This document shows, in pieces, positions 44,908-55,531 of a stretch of 64,000 nucleotides of DNA. The stretch is from Escherichia coli (lineage in GTDB: Bacteria; Pseudomonadota; Gammaproteobacteria; Enterobacterales; Enterobacteriaceae), in assembly GCF_045037415.1 (NCBI RefSeq), contig NZ_CP173438.1, one strand, 5' to 3'. Position numbers and translations under genes: made by a program. The notes under the pieces are model-generated. The model was given only the letters and a program-made list of their open reading frames with translations, was not told where the DNA came from and did not search any database. How positions within the stretch are numbered: the first letter of the stretch is position 1; each line of letters begins with the position of its first letter.

Positions 44908-45939
44908 ATGTCTGCATTTACCCCGGCAAGTGAAGTCTTGCTGCGTCACAGTGATGATTTCGAACAAAGCCGTATTCTGTTTGCCGGAGACTTACAGGAT
45001 GACCTGCCCGCGCGTTTAGATACCGCGGCCAGCCGTGCTCATACCCAGCAATTCCACCACTGGCAGGTGTTAAACCGCCAGATGGGGGATAACGCCCGTT
45101 TTAGCCTGGTCGCCACGGCGGATGATGTCGCTGATTGCGATACTTTGATTTACTACTGGCCGAAGAATAAACCGGAAGCCCAGTTCCAGTTGATGAATTT
45201 ACTTTCTCTGCTTCCGGTGGGCACGGATATTTTTGTCGTTGGCGAGAACCGCAGCGGCGTGCGCAGCGCCGAGCAGATGCTGGCCGATTATGCGCCGTTG
45301 AATAAGGTAGACAGCGCCCGTCGCTGCGGCCTCTATTTTGGTCGTCTGGAAAAGCAGCCGGTATTTGATGCCAATAAATTCTGGGGCGAATACAGCGTCG
45401 ATGGCTTGACGGTCAAAACGCTGCCGGGCGTGTTTAGCCGCGACGGTCTGGATGTCGGCAGTCAGTTGTTGCTCTCGACGCTAACCCCGCACACGAAAGG
45501 TAAAGTGCTGGATGTCGGCTGCGGCGCAGGCGTTCTTTCCGTTGCTTTTGCGCGCCATTCACCGAAGATCCGCCTCACTCTGTGTGATGTTTCTGCACCA
45601 GCGGTAGAAGCCAGTCGCGCAACACTTGCTGCCAACAGTGTTGAAGGTGAAGTCTTTGCCAGCAACGTCTTTTCCGAGGTGAAAGGTCGTTTTGATATGA
45701 TCATCTCCAACCCGCCGTTCCACGATGGGATGCAAACCAGCCTGGATGCGGCGCAAACGCTGATTCGCGGCGCGGTGCGTCATCTTAATAGCGGCGGCGA
45801 GCTGCGAATTGTAGCGAACGCCTTCCTGCCTTACCCGGACGTGCTGGATGAGACATTTGGTTTCCACGAAGTGATTGCGCAAACCGGGCGCTTCAAGGTG
45901 TATCGCGCCATTATGACCCGCCAGGCGAAGAAAGGTTAA
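44908..45939 (+). CDS. rsmC: 16S rRNA (guanine1207-N2)-methyltransferase RsmC, 343 aa
   Basis: ORF 44908..45939; SAM motif [12 protein letters not shown] and [10 protein letters not shown]. Confidence 0.94.
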   Translation: MSAFTPASEVLLRHSDDFEQSRILFAGDLQDDLPARLDTAASRAHTQQFHHWQVLNRQMGDNARFSLVATADDVADCDTLIYYWPKNKPEAQFQLMNLLSLLPVGTDIFVVGENRSGVRSAEQMLADYAPLNKVDSARRCGLYFGRLEKQPVFDANKFWGEYSVDGLTVKTLPGVFSRDGLDVGSQLLLSTLTPHTKGKVLDVGCGAGVLSVAFARHSPKIRLTLCDVSAPAVEASRATLAANSVEGEVFASNVFSEVKGRFDMIISNPPFHDGMQTSLDAAQTLIRGAVRHLNSGGELRIVANAFLPYPDVLDETFGFHEVIAQTGRFKVYRAIMTRQAKKG

Positions 45940-46069
45940 GTATCTGATATCTGTCGCCGCATACCGTGTTGGATGCGGCGTACACGCCTTATCTGACCGA
46001 CAAACGAATTATCCACAATCCGCTGATGGACATTTTTCCAGCAATTACACCTCTGTCGATAATTAACTA

Positions 46070-46097
46070 TTGACGAAAAGCTGAAAACCACTAGAAT
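46070..46097 (+). promoter_or_regulatory. Candidate sigma70 promoter for the tRNA-Leu operon (-35 ttgacg, 16-nt spacer, -10 tagaat), AT-rich upstream region
   Basis: Near-consensus hexamers about 40 nt upstream of first tRNA. Confidence 0.6.
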
Positions 46098-46138
46098 GCG
46101 CCTCCGTGGTAGCAATTCTTTTTAAGAATTGATGGTAT

Positions 46139-46225
46139 GCGAAGGTGGCGGAATTGGTAGACGCGCTAGCTTCAGGTGTTAGTGTCCTTACGGACGTGGG
46201 GGTTCAAGTCCCCCCCCTCGCACCA
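46139..46225 (+). tRNA. leuQ: tRNA-Leu (anticodon CAG), 87 nt, copy 1
   Basis: gcgaaggtggcggaattggtagacgcg...ttcaagtcccccccctcgcacca; long variable arm; CAG in anticodon loop; encoded CCA. Confidence 0.95.
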
Positions 46226-46253
46226 AAAACCACGTTGATATTGCTCGCACTGG

Positions 46254-46340
46254 GCGAAGGTGGCGGAATTGGTAGACGCGCTAGCTTCAGGTGTTAGTGT
46301 TCTTACGGACGTGGGGGTTCAAGTCCCCCCCCTCGCACCA
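46254..46340 (+). tRNA. leuP: tRNA-Leu (anticodon CAG), 87 nt, copy 2 (one-base variant: agtgttcttacgg vs agtgtccttacgg)
   Basis: Same sequence as copy 1 except a single C to T difference in the variable arm. Confidence 0.95.
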
Positions 46341-46374
46341 AACGAGGCAATATCAAAAAAAGTAAGATGACTGT

Positions 46375-46461
46375 GCGAAGGTGGCGGAATTGGTAGACGC
46401 GCTAGCTTCAGGTGTTAGTGTCCTTACGGACGTGGGGGTTCAAGTCCCCCCCCTCGCACCA
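46375..46461 (+). tRNA. leuV: tRNA-Leu (anticodon CAG), 87 nt, copy 3
   Basis: Identical to copy 1. Confidence 0.95.
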
Positions 46462-46499
46462 ATTATCTTTACTTCTTTTCTTGTCTCTTCACTGTTTTA

Positions 46500-46736
46500 T
46501 CACCCCTGATTCAAATTCATTATCATCAGCATGATGCCAGCAATAAGCGCCAGGCACGATGGTAGCAAAACGTAATGCCGTAACTGTTTGTGATACAGCA
46601 TCACCGGCGTCAATACCAATCCCATCAGAATGACAATCCGCCATTGATCCGGCGATAAATCCGCATACATCAGCCCTGTAATCAGCAATCCCGGCAGCAA
46701 CACTCCCCAGCCACTGCCCAGCGTACGTTGCAACAT
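46500..46736 (-). CDS. yjjZ: Small inner-membrane protein YjjZ, 78 aa (start MLQRTLGSGWGVLLPG)
   Basis: ORF 46500..46847; hydrophobic small protein divergent from fhuF. Confidence 0.75.
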   Translation of the reverse strand: MLQRTLGSGWGVLLPGLLITGLMYADLSPDQWRIVILMGLVLTPVMLYHKQLRHYVLLPSCLALIAGIMLMIMNLNQG

Positions 46737-46754
46737 GGTTTCATCTCTTTCATT

Positions 46755-46790
46755 GATAATGATAACCAATATCATATGATAATTTTTATC
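46755..46790. promoter_or_regulatory. Fur-box-like sequence (gataatgataaccaatatcatatgataattt) in yjjZ-fhuF intergenic region
   Basis: Repeated GATAAT/ATCAT hexamers resembling Fur consensus GATAATGATAATCATTATC. Confidence 0.6.
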
Positions 46791-46838
46791 ATTTGCAAGC
46801 CAGAGAAATCCCTTGCTATCGGATAAACCTATCGCTAG

Positions 46839-46858
46839 GATTAGCAATCATTATCATT
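46839..46858. promoter_or_regulatory. Fur box (gattagcaatcattatcatt) about 20 bp upstream of fhuF start
   Basis: Close match to the Fur consensus immediately upstream of the iron-regulated fhuF. Confidence 0.7.
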
Positions 46859-46876
46859 TAGATTACTATCCCGATT

Positions 46877-47665
46877 ATGGCCTATCGTTCCGCACCGCTC
46901 TATGAAGATGTTATCTGGCGAACGCATCTCCAGCCACAGGATGCTGGGCTTGCACAAGCCGTACGTGCGACGATCGCCAAACATCGTGAACATTTGCTCG
47001 AGTTTATCCGCCTGGATGAACCCGCTCCGCTTAACGCCATGACGCTGGCGCAATGGTCATCACCGAATGCGCTAAGTTCTCTACTCGCGGTCTATTCCGA
47101 TCATATCTATCGCAACCAACCAACGATGATCCGCGAGAACAAACCGCTGATCTCACTATGGGCACAATGGTATATCGGCCTGATGGTGCCACCATTAATG
47201 CTGGCGCTACTGACGCAGGAAAAAGCATTAGATGTGTCGCCGGAACATTTCCATGCTGAGTTTCACGAAACCGGCCGTGCCGCCTGTTTCTGGGTCGATG
47301 TGTGTGACGATAAAAACGCAACACCACATTCGCCGCAGCAGCGAATGGAAACGTTAATCAGCCAGGCGCTGGTTCCGGTTGTGCAGGCACTAGAAGCGAC
47401 CGGAGAGATCAACGGCAAACTTATCTGGAGTAATACCGGTTATTTGATCAACTGGTATCTCACTGAGATGAAGCAACTGCTCGGCGAGGCGACGGTTGAA
47501 TCGCTGCGCCATGCCATCTTTTTTGAGAAAACGCTCACGAACGGTGAAGATAATCCACTCTGGCGTACCGTGGTACTGCGCGACGGCCTGCTGGTGCGCC
47601 GCACTTGCTGCCAGCGTTATCGCTTACCGGATGTGCAGCAATGTGGCGATTGTACGCTGAAATGA
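46877..47665 (+). CDS. fhuF: Ferric-siderophore reductase FhuF (2Fe-2S), 262 aa
   Basis: ORF 46877..47665; C-terminal Cys cluster CCQRYRLPDVQQCGDC. Confidence 0.93.
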   Translation: MAYRSAPLYEDVIWRTHLQPQDAGLAQAVRATIAKHREHLLEFIRLDEPAPLNAMTLAQWSSPNALSSLLAVYSDHIYRNQPTMIRENKPLISLWAQWYIGLMVPPLMLALLTQEKALDVSPEHFHAEFHETGRAACFWVDVCDDKNATPHSPQQRMETLISQALVPVVQALEATGEINGKLIWSNTGYLINWYLTEMKQLLGEATVESLRHAIFFEKTLTNGEDNPLWRTVVLRDGLLVRRTCCQRYRLPDVQQCGDCTLK

Positions 47666-47702
47666 AAGCACTGCCGGGGAAGTAAACCCGGCATCATGCG
47701 GA

Positions 47703-48380
47703 TTAATAGGGATGCAACACATTACTTGCTTCGCAATGCCGCATACATAACAGAATATCTGCGGCCTCCAACAATCCTGCATCAGAACTGACGCCCAGTT
47801 TCGACATCACATTAAATTTATGCGCGCGGATCGTTTTGATATTGCGTTTAAGCTGCTCGGCAATTTGTGTCATTGAGTAGCCACGCGACATAAAGCGCAA
47901 TATTTCTCTCTCCGTCGGGCTTAGCGTCCGGCTTTGGTTAATGTACCACTGATTGTTCAGTCGGTCGGTCGCCTGACGTACACCATTTAATGACAAAAAG
48001 AGTTCCTGATGAAAAATCTCCAGCGTTGACGCTTTACTTAATACACCGTCCAGCGGTGATGGCGACAATGAACCAATCAGCCGAGCTTCAATATCATCAT
48101 CCGCAATAACTAAACGCCGGGTACGCGGAAACTTAATCGCCAGTTCAGTCAGGCAAGATAATCCCTCTCTGCGCTCACTTCTCATGGCAGAAAAAGAAAA
48201 AATGACCGCCGCAAACGAGATCCGCGACATGGCATCCTGAAATGACTCCTGACTGGTATAGGTATGGAGCTTATAAGGGTTGCCCGCAAACTTTCTGAAT
48301 AAACTCTCAATACCGATACTACTCATGACGCATTTTTCTATGAGTGCGACATTTCTCTTCTTAATTCGGCTGTGTTCCAT
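47703..48380 (-). CDS. bglJ: LuxR/FixJ-type transcriptional regulator BglJ, 225 aa
   Basis: ORF 47703..48380; C-terminal LuxR HTH; overlaps yjjQ 3' end. Confidence 0.88.
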
Positions 48381-49063
48381 TCTGCGGCATCTCCATAAAC
48401 AGAAGGCAAGTTAAGTTCTCTTGCACCCTGCGCGCTATTTATCCATGCATACATTTCAGCGTTGCTGTGAATTGCCAGTCGACGCATCGCACTGTTTTTT
48501 TGGGCGCTGATAGTTTTATTACTTTTCTTAAGCAATGAAGCTATCTGGTTGATGCCCCATCCTTTACCTAATAGCCGCAGTACCTTGCGCTCTGAAAGAG
48601 TGAGAATGACGGAGCGATAGCTAAAATCATGAGTTTCAGTCATTGCCGGAGAGGTCAGCATGGCGCTGATACGCTCTGCGTGCGTATTGCCGGAACGTAC
48701 GGTCTTGACCAGATTCTCAATGGGTTCAACATCAGACAATAACGTCGCCGTAGGGCACATGAGCAGTTCTACTGCCTGGGAATACCAGGAGCGTGACACC
48801 ATGAAAACCCAGTGAATTTCCCGATATTGTGAGATTAAAGAATAATAATGTTCACAAACAGAACGTGGATCTTCACTTTCACCGGCTAAATCAGCAATGA
48901 CTAATCCGGAACGACGTAATTGTAATAAGGTAAGGTCCTCCGCAGAGGCGCTGGATATTATTTCATATTCAGGGAAGTGAGTCCTCATGACCTCTTTTAA
49001 CCCTGCTTGCATAACAGGTATTTTACTGATAACAATTCCATTTTTGCAGCATCCTGGCAACAT
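48338..49063 (-). CDS. yjjQ: LuxR/FixJ-type transcriptional regulator YjjQ, 241 aa
   Basis: ORF 48338..49063; C-terminal LuxR HTH ([20 protein letters not shown]). Confidence 0.88.
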
Positions 49064-49683
49064 ATTTCCTCCACATCCACTGTCTAAAAATTATGATGGT
49101 TTATTCAGGATATTCATTCCTTAAATGTTTCCAGCAAATTAATAGATTAAGCGAATAAATTATCCTTAGCATTCACTTTCATATCAGCATACTCCTGCTG
49201 CACAACAACTCCACTGCATGTGTCAGAAGGTTAGCATCAAATGATAACCTGGTGAAATAGCCTGGAGACATTTAAAATATCTACATTAAGTTGTTAGGAA
49301 TACTTAATGAAAAACAGAAATCACATTCATTTAATTATAAATTAAATGATATCCCTTCCCGCAGAATGCGGGAATCACACAATCAATATTTATTCAATAA
49401 AATCTGATGATTTTAACTTGTTAACACTAAAAAACGCGCCCAGCTATCTATTATCCTGACCCGTAAAGGCTAAAACAATAAATTCATTATAGTGATAATA
49501 TTCATGTGATAGTTTGTTTGCGGCGAGAGATAATTCGCTTTTTATCACCGAGCTTGTCCCGATAACCAGGATTAATCAGCGCAATTTTGATCTTAACCTA
49601 CCTCAAAACAACCGTGCTTCATGATACAAATGGATTCTCATTATCTGAACAATACGCAGCACGTCTATGACAAAGGGCGAGTT

Positions 49684-50454
49684 ATGCAAACTGAGCAACA
49701 GCGAGCCGTAACGCGGCTTTGTATCCAGTGTGGATTATTTCTTTTGCAACATGGTGCGGAAAGCGCGTTGGTTGATGAGCTTTCCTCACGACTGGGTCGG
49801 GCGTTGGGAATGGACAGCGTCGAAAGTTCTATCTCTTCGAACGCCATAGTGCTGACAACTATTAAAGATGGGCAATGCCTGACATCGACACGAAAAAATC
49901 ACGATCGCGGCATTAATATGCATGTGGTGACTGAAGTCCAGCACATTGTGATTCTTGCGGAGCATCATCTGCTGGATTACAAAGGCGTAGAGAAACGATT
50001 TAGCCAAATTCAGCCATTACGTTACCCAAGATGGCTGGTAGCCTTAATGGTTGGCCTTTCTTGCGCCTGTTTCTGTAAACTCAATAACGGTGGCTGGGAT
50101 GGTGCCGTCATCACCTTCTTTGCCAGTACGACCGCGATGTATATCCGCCAGCTGCTGGCACAACGTCATCTTCATCCACAGATCAACTTTTGCCTTACCG
50201 CTTTCGCCGCCACCACCATTTCCGGATTGCTTTTGCAACTCCCCACTTTCAGCGATACACCCACCATTGCGATGGCCGCCAGCGTTCTGCTGCTGGTGCC
50301 GGGCTTTCCGTTGATTAATGCCGTCGCCGATATGTTTAAAGGCCACATCAATACCGGACTGGCACGCTGGGCGATCGCCAGTCTGCTGACGCTGGCTACC
50401 TGCGTCGGCGTGGTGATGGCACTGACGATTTGGGGGCTACGCGGATGGGTGTGA
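49684..50454 (+). CDS. yjjP: ThrE-family (DUF1212) inner membrane protein YjjP, about 256 aa (start MQTEQQRAV)
   Basis: ORF 49621..50454; start chosen by length expectation; polytopic membrane protein; paired with yjjB. Confidence 0.8.
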   Translation: MQTEQQRAVTRLCIQCGLFLLQHGAESALVDELSSRLGRALGMDSVESSISSNAIVLTTIKDGQCLTSTRKNHDRGINMHVVTEVQHIVILAEHHLLDYKGVEKRFSQIQPLRYPRWLVALMVGLSCACFCKLNNGGWDGAVITFFASTTAMYIRQLLAQRHLHPQINFCLTAFAATTISGLLLQLPTFSDTPTIAMAASVLLLVPGFPLINAVADMFKGHINTGLARWAIASLLTLATCVGVVMALTIWGLRGWV

Positions 50455-50918
50455 TCGAGTTTCTGTTTGCATTGGCGCAGGATATGATCCTCGCCGCCAT
50501 TCCAGCGGTCGGCTTTGCGATGGTGTTCAACGTTCCCGTGCGGGCGTTACGCTGGTGTGCGCTGCTTGGCGCGATTGGCCATGGTTCACGAATGATCTTA
50601 ATGACCAGCGGGCTGAATATTGAGTGGTCAACTTTTATGGCTTCTATGCTGGTCGGCACCATTGGTATTCAATGGTCGCGCTGGTATCTGGCGCATCCGA
50701 AAGTGTTTACCGTGGCGGCCGTTATCCCTATGTTCCCGGGCATATCGGCTTATACCGCAATGATTTCGGCGGTAAAAATCAGCCAGTTAGGTTACAGCGA
50801 ACCGTTGATGATTACCCTGTTAACCAACTTTCTTACAGCTTCATCGATTGTTGGTGCGTTATCCATCGGTCTTTCCATTCCTGGATTATGGTTGTACCGC
50901 AAGCGCCCTCGCGTATAA
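50445..50918 (+). CDS. yjjB: ThrE-family (DUF3815) inner membrane protein YjjB, 157 aa
   Basis: ORF 50430..50918; overlaps yjjP 3' end by 10 nt; hydrophobic. Confidence 0.8.
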   Translation: MGVIEFLFALAQDMILAAIPAVGFAMVFNVPVRALRWCALLGAIGHGSRMILMTSGLNIEWSTFMASMLVGTIGIQWSRWYLAHPKVFTVAAVIPMFPGISAYTAMISAVKISQLGYSEPLMITLLTNFLTASSIVGALSIGLSIPGLWLYRKRPRV

Positions 50919-51024
50919 AATTGCCTCGCTTAAGCACACGGATGAGAGACAGCCTCCTCTCCTCCGTGTGTTACTATAAAAGTTATCTCCCTTCTCGTTC
51001 ATCGTTCCATATTTGAGAAACAGT

Positions 51025-51564
51025 ATGTCTTCCAGAGTTTTGACCCCGGACGTCGTTGGTATTGACGCCCTGGTACACGATCACCAAACCGTTCTGGCAA
51101 AAGCTGAAGGCGGTGTGGTTGCCGTATTTGCTAACAATGCCCCGGCGTTTTATGCCGTCACGCCTGCACGCCTGGCTGAACTGCTGGCGCTGGAAGAAAA
51201 GCTGGCGCGTCCGGGAAGCGATGTCGCTCTGGACGATCAACTCTATCAGGAACCGCAAGCCGCTCCCGTTGCTGTCCCCATGGGGAAATTCGCCATGTAT
51301 CCGGACTGGCAACCCGATGCCGACTTTATCCGCCTGGCGGCGCTATGGGGCGTGGCGCTAAGAGAGCCGGTGACCACCGAAGAACTGGCCTCATTCATTG
51401 CCTACTGGCAGGCGGAAGGTAAAGTCTTTCACCATGTGCAGTGGCAACAAAAACTGGCGCGCAGCCTGCAAATCGGTCGTGCCAGCAACGGCGGACTGCC
51501 GAAACGAGATGTGAATACGGTCAGCGAACCTGACAGCCAAATTCCACCAGGATTCAGAGGGTAA
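51025..51564 (+). CDS. dnaT: Primosomal protein DnaT, 179 aa (start [12 protein letters not shown])
   Basis: ORF 51013..51564; immediately upstream of dnaC. Confidence 0.92.
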
Positions 51565-51566
51565 CG

Positions 51567-52304
51567 ATGAAAAACGTTGGCGACCTGATGCAACGCCTGC
51601 AAAAAATGATGCCTGCCCATATCAAACCTGCATTCAAAACGGGTGAAGAGCTACTGGCCTGGCAGAAAGAACAAGGGGCGATCCGCTCCGCCGCTCTCGA
51701 ACGTGAAAATCGGGCGATGAAAATGCAGCGCACCTTTAACCGCTCCGGTATTCGTCCACTGCATCAGAACTGCTCCTTTGAGAACTATCGCGTTGAGTGT
51801 GAAGGGCAGATGAATGCGTTAAGCAAAGCGCGCCAGTATGTCGAAGAGTTTGACGGCAACATCGCCAGCTTCATCTTTTCTGGTAAGCCAGGAACCGGCA
51901 AAAACCATCTGGCGGCGGCAATCTGCAACGAGCTGCTGCTACGCGGTAAATCCGTATTGATCATCACCGTGGCCGATATTATGTCGGCGATGAAAGATAC
52001 CTTCAGGAATAGCGGTACCAGCGAAGAACAACTGCTTAACGATCTGAGCAACGTTGATCTGCTGGTGATCGATGAGATCGGCGTGCAGACCGAATCGAAA
52101 TACGAAAAAGTGATCATCAACCAGATCGTCGATCGCCGCTCTTCTTCCAAACGCCCAACCGGGATGCTGACCAACAGTAATATGGAAGAGATGACCAAGT
52201 TGCTGGGCGAACGCGTGATGGACCGTATGCGCCTGGGTAACAGTTTGTGGGTGATCTTCAACTGGGATAGCTACCGTAGCCGTGTAACAGGTAAAGAGTA
52301 TTAA
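51567..52304 (+). CDS. dnaC: Replicative helicase loader DnaC (AAA+), 245 aa
   Basis: ORF 51567..52304; Walker A FIFSGKPGTGKNHLAAAI. Confidence 0.96.
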   Translation: MKNVGDLMQRLQKMMPAHIKPAFKTGEELLAWQKEQGAIRSAALERENRAMKMQRTFNRSGIRPLHQNCSFENYRVECEGQMNALSKARQYVEEFDGNIASFIFSGKPGTGKNHLAAAICNELLLRGKSVLIITVADIMSAMKDTFRNSGTSEEQLLNDLSNVDLLVIDEIGVQTESKYEKVIINQIVDRRSSSKRPTGMLTNSNMEEMTKLLGERVMDRMRLGNSLWVIFNWDSYRSRVTGKEY

Positions 52305-52349
52305 TCCCCGTTTCTGGCGGTATACTGCGACACAATTCCACCTTGAGTA

Positions 52350-52847
52350 ATGATGATGAAAACTGTTAAACATCTTCTGTGCTGTGCCATTGCCGCCAGC
52401 GCATTAATTTCCACCGGGGTGCATGCTGCGTCCTGGAAAGATGCGCTCTCCAGCGCCGCCAGCGAACTTGGCAACCAAAACAGCACGACACAGGAAGGCG
52501 GTTGGTCGCTCGCGTCATTAACTAACTTGCTTAGCAGCGGGAACCAGGCCTTAAGCGCAGATAACATGAACAACGCCGCAGGCATTCTGCAATACTGCGC
52601 GAAGCAAAAGCTGGCTTCGGTAACCGATGCCGAAAACATCAAGAACCAGGTGCTGGAAAAGCTGGGCCTGAACAGTGAAGAGCAAAAAGAAGACACCAAC
52701 TATCTGGATGGCATTCAGGGTTTGCTGAAAACCAAAGATGGTCAGCAACTCAATCTGGATAACATCGGAACGACTCCGCTGGCAGAAAAGGTGAAAACCA
52801 AAGCCTGCGATCTGGTGTTAAAGCAGGGGCTGAACTTCATTTCCTGA
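52350..52847 (+). CDS. yjjA: Periplasmic DUF2501 protein YjjA, 164-165 aa, signal peptide (three consecutive ATG codons at start)
   Basis: ORF 52350..52847; signal peptide ending GVHAAS. Confidence 0.85.
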   Translation: MMMKTVKHLLCCAIAASALISTGVHAASWKDALSSAASELGNQNSTTQEGGWSLASLTNLLSSGNQALSADNMNNAAGILQYCAKQKLASVTDAENIKNQVLEKLGLNSEEQKEDTNYLDGIQGLLKTKDGQQLNLDNIGTTPLAEKVKTKACDLVLKQGLNFIS

Positions 52848-53100
52848 ACCGCGAAACGCCGCGTTTTAGCTGTTACCCGGCTGACGCGGCTCTCTCCTGC
52901 CCTTTTCCCTGCTCCTGGACGGTTTTACCCCTGTTACACGGGAAGCGATCGCGATCAAAAAAGTCTGTTTATAAACTAATTCCTAACAACATCGCATTTT
53001 TTTGACACTAGAATTGCAGCAATATGGCGACGCCATTACATTGTGCTTCTCAAAAAGCTTAAACGTTGGCTAAACGGCCCGGTTTAGTGAGGATCGCCCG

Positions 53101-55392
53101 TTGTCAGAACTACTCTCTTTCGCCCTTTTTCTCGCCTCTGTGCTGATTTACGCATGGAAAGCGGGACGTAACACCTGGTGGTTTGCAGCCACATTAACAG
53201 TGCTGGGGCTATTTGTCGTTTTAAATATCACCCTGTTTGCCAGCGACTATTTTACTGGCGATGGTATTAACGACGCGGTTCTCTATACCTTAACCAACAG
53301 CCTGACCGGTGCTGGCGTCAGCAAATACATCCTGCCGGGTATCGGCATTGTGCTGGGGCTGACAGCGGTGTTCGGTGCGCTGGGCTGGATCCTGCGCCGT
53401 CGTCGCCATCATCCGCACCATTTTGGTTACAGCCTGCTGGCGCTCTTACTGGCGCTGGGTTCGGTGGACGCCAGCCCGGCATTTCGTCAGATAACGGAAC
53501 TGGTGAAATCCCAGTCACGCGATGGCGACCCGGACTTTGCGGCTTATTATAAAGAGCCGTCGAAAACTATCCCTGACCCGAAACTCAACCTGGTTTATAT
53601 CTATGGCGAAAGTCTCGAGCGAACCTATTTTGATAACGAGGCTTTCCCGGATCTCACGCCTGAACTGGGCGCGTTGAAAAATGAAGGCCTGGATTTCAGC
53701 CACACGCAGCAGCTGCCAGGAACGGATTACACGATTGCGGGCATGGTGGCTTCTCAGTGCGGCATACCGCTGTTTGCCCCCTTTGAAGGCAACGCCTCCG
53801 CCTCTGTCTCCAGCTTCTTCCCGCAGAACATCTGTCTGGGCGATATCCTGAAAAACTCGGGTTATCAGAACTATTTCGTGCAGGGCGCAAATCTGCGTTT
53901 TGCCGGTAAAGATGTGTTCCTGAAATCGCACGGCTTCGACCACTTATACGGCTCAGAAGAGCTGAAAAGCGTGGTAGCCGACCCGCACTATCGCAACGAC
54001 TGGGGATTCTACGACGATACCGTTCTCGATGAAGCGTGGAAAAAGTTTGAAGAGCTTTCCCGCTCAGGTCAGCGATTCTCACTGTTTACCCTGACAGTCG
54101 ATACCCATCACCCGGATGGTTTTATTTCTCGTACCTGTAACCGCAAAAAATATGATTTTGACGGTAAACCGAATCAGTCATTCAGCGCGGTAAGTTGCAG
54201 CCAGGAGAATATCGCGACGTTTATCAACAAAATCAAAGCGTCACCGTGGTTTAAAGATACTGTCATCGTCGTCTCTTCTGACCATTTAGCGATGAACAAC
54301 ACGGCGTGGAAATACCTCAATAAGCAGGATCGCAATAACCTGTTTTTTGTCATTCGTGGCGACAAGCCGCAGCAAGAGACGCTGGCAGTGAAGCGTAACA
54401 CGATGGATAACGGCGCGACGGTGCTGGACATTCTCGGTGGCGATAACTATCTCGGACTTGGTCGTAGCAGTTTATCCGGGCAGTCGATGTCGGAAATCTT
54501 CCTCAATATCAAAGAGAAAACATTGACGTGGAAGCCAGATATCATCCGCCTGTGGAAATTCCCTAAAGAGATGAAAGAGTTCACCATCGACCAGCAGAAA
54601 AACATGATTGCCTTCTCGGGTAGCCATTTCCGTTTGCCGCTGCTGTTGCGGGTTTCAGACAAACGCGTGGAACCGCTGCCGGAAAGCGAATACTCAGCAC
54701 CGCTGCGTTTCCAGCTGGCCGATTTCGCTCCACGCGACAATTTCGTCTGGGTTGACCGTTGCTATAAGATGGCACAACTCTGGGCTCCGGAACTGGCACT
54801 TTCCACCGACTGGTGTGTCTCGCAGGGGCAGCTTGGCGGTCAGCAAATTGTCCAGCATGTTGACAAAACAACATGGAAGAGCAAGACGGCATTTAAAGAT
54901 ACGGTCATCGACATGGCGCGTTACAAAGGCAATGTCGATACGCTGAAGATTGTTGATAACGATATTCGCTACAAAGCCGACAGTTTCATCTTTAACGTCG
55001 CCGGTGCGCCAGAAGAGGTGAAACAGTTTAGCGGGATTTCCCGTCCGGAGTCGTGGGGCCGCTGGTCCAACGCGCAGCTGGGCGATGAAGTAAAAATCGA
55101 GTACAAGCATCCGCTGCCGAAGAAATTTGACCTGGTGATTACCGCCAAAGCATACGGCAATAACGCCAGCCGTCCTATTCCGGTACGCGTAGGCAATGAA
55201 GAACAAACTCTTGTGCTGGGCAATGAAGTGACCACCACCACACTGCATTTCGATAACCCAACCGATGCCGACACACTGGTAATTGTGCCGCCGGAACCTG
55301 TCTCAACCAACGAAGGGAATATCCTCGGACACTCGCCGCGTAAGCTCGGGATCGGCATGGTGGAAATTAAAGTTGTGGAACGTGAAGGGTAA
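53101..55392 (+). CDS. opgB: Phosphoglycerol transferase I OpgB/MdoB (sulfatase superfamily), 763 aa, TTG start
   Basis: ORF 53101..55392 beginning at TTG ([20 protein letters not shown]); N-terminal TM segments plus periplasmic sulfatase-like domain. Confidence 0.92.
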   Translation: MSELLSFALFLASVLIYAWKAGRNTWWFAATLTVLGLFVVLNITLFASDYFTGDGINDAVLYTLTNSLTGAGVSKYILPGIGIVLGLTAVFGALGWILRRRRHHPHHFGYSLLALLLALGSVDASPAFRQITELVKSQSRDGDPDFAAYYKEPSKTIPDPKLNLVYIYGESLERTYFDNEAFPDLTPELGALKNEGLDFSHTQQLPGTDYTIAGMVASQCGIPLFAPFEGNASASVSSFFPQNICLGDILKNSGYQNYFVQGANLRFAGKDVFLKSHGFDHLYGSEELKSVVADPHYRNDWGFYDDTVLDEAWKKFEELSRSGQRFSLFTLTVDTHHPDGFISRTCNRKKYDFDGKPNQSFSAVSCSQENIATFINKIKASPWFKDTVIVVSSDHLAMNNTAWKYLNKQDRNNLFFVIRGDKPQQETLAVKRNTMDNGATVLDILGGDNYLGLGRSSLSGQSMSEIFLNIKEKTLTWKPDIIRLWKFPKEMKEFTIDQQKNMIAFSGSHFRLPLLLRVSDKRVEPLPESEYSAPLRFQLADFAPRDNFVWVDRCYKMAQLWAPELALSTDWCVSQGQLGGQQIVQHVDKTTWKSKTAFKDTVIDMARYKGNVDTLKIVDNDIRYKADSFIFNVAGAPEEVKQFSGISRPESWGRWSNAQLGDEVKIEYKHPLPKKFDLVITAKAYGNNASRPIPVRVGNEEQTLVLGNEVTTTTLHFDNPTDADTLVIVPPEPVSTNEGNILGHSPRKLGIGMVEIKVVEREG

Positions 55393-55403
55393 TTCCTGAC
55401 TGA

Positions 55404-55434
55404 TGTGTAGGTCGCATAAGGTGCGACCTACACA
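55404..55434. terminator. Strong hairpin (gtgtaggtcgc/gcgacctacac, 11-bp stem) between convergent opgB and lgoD, followed by REP-like ccggcctac
   Basis: Perfect inverted repeat 12 nt after opgB stop. Confidence 0.6.
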
Positions 55435-55531
55435 CCTTCTCCGGCCTACAAAACATCATTGAGAAACAGAAAAAAAACAGCGCCCAACACTTCCCCGGAC
55501 GCTGCATGGCAACTTTAATAATCTCGCCTTA

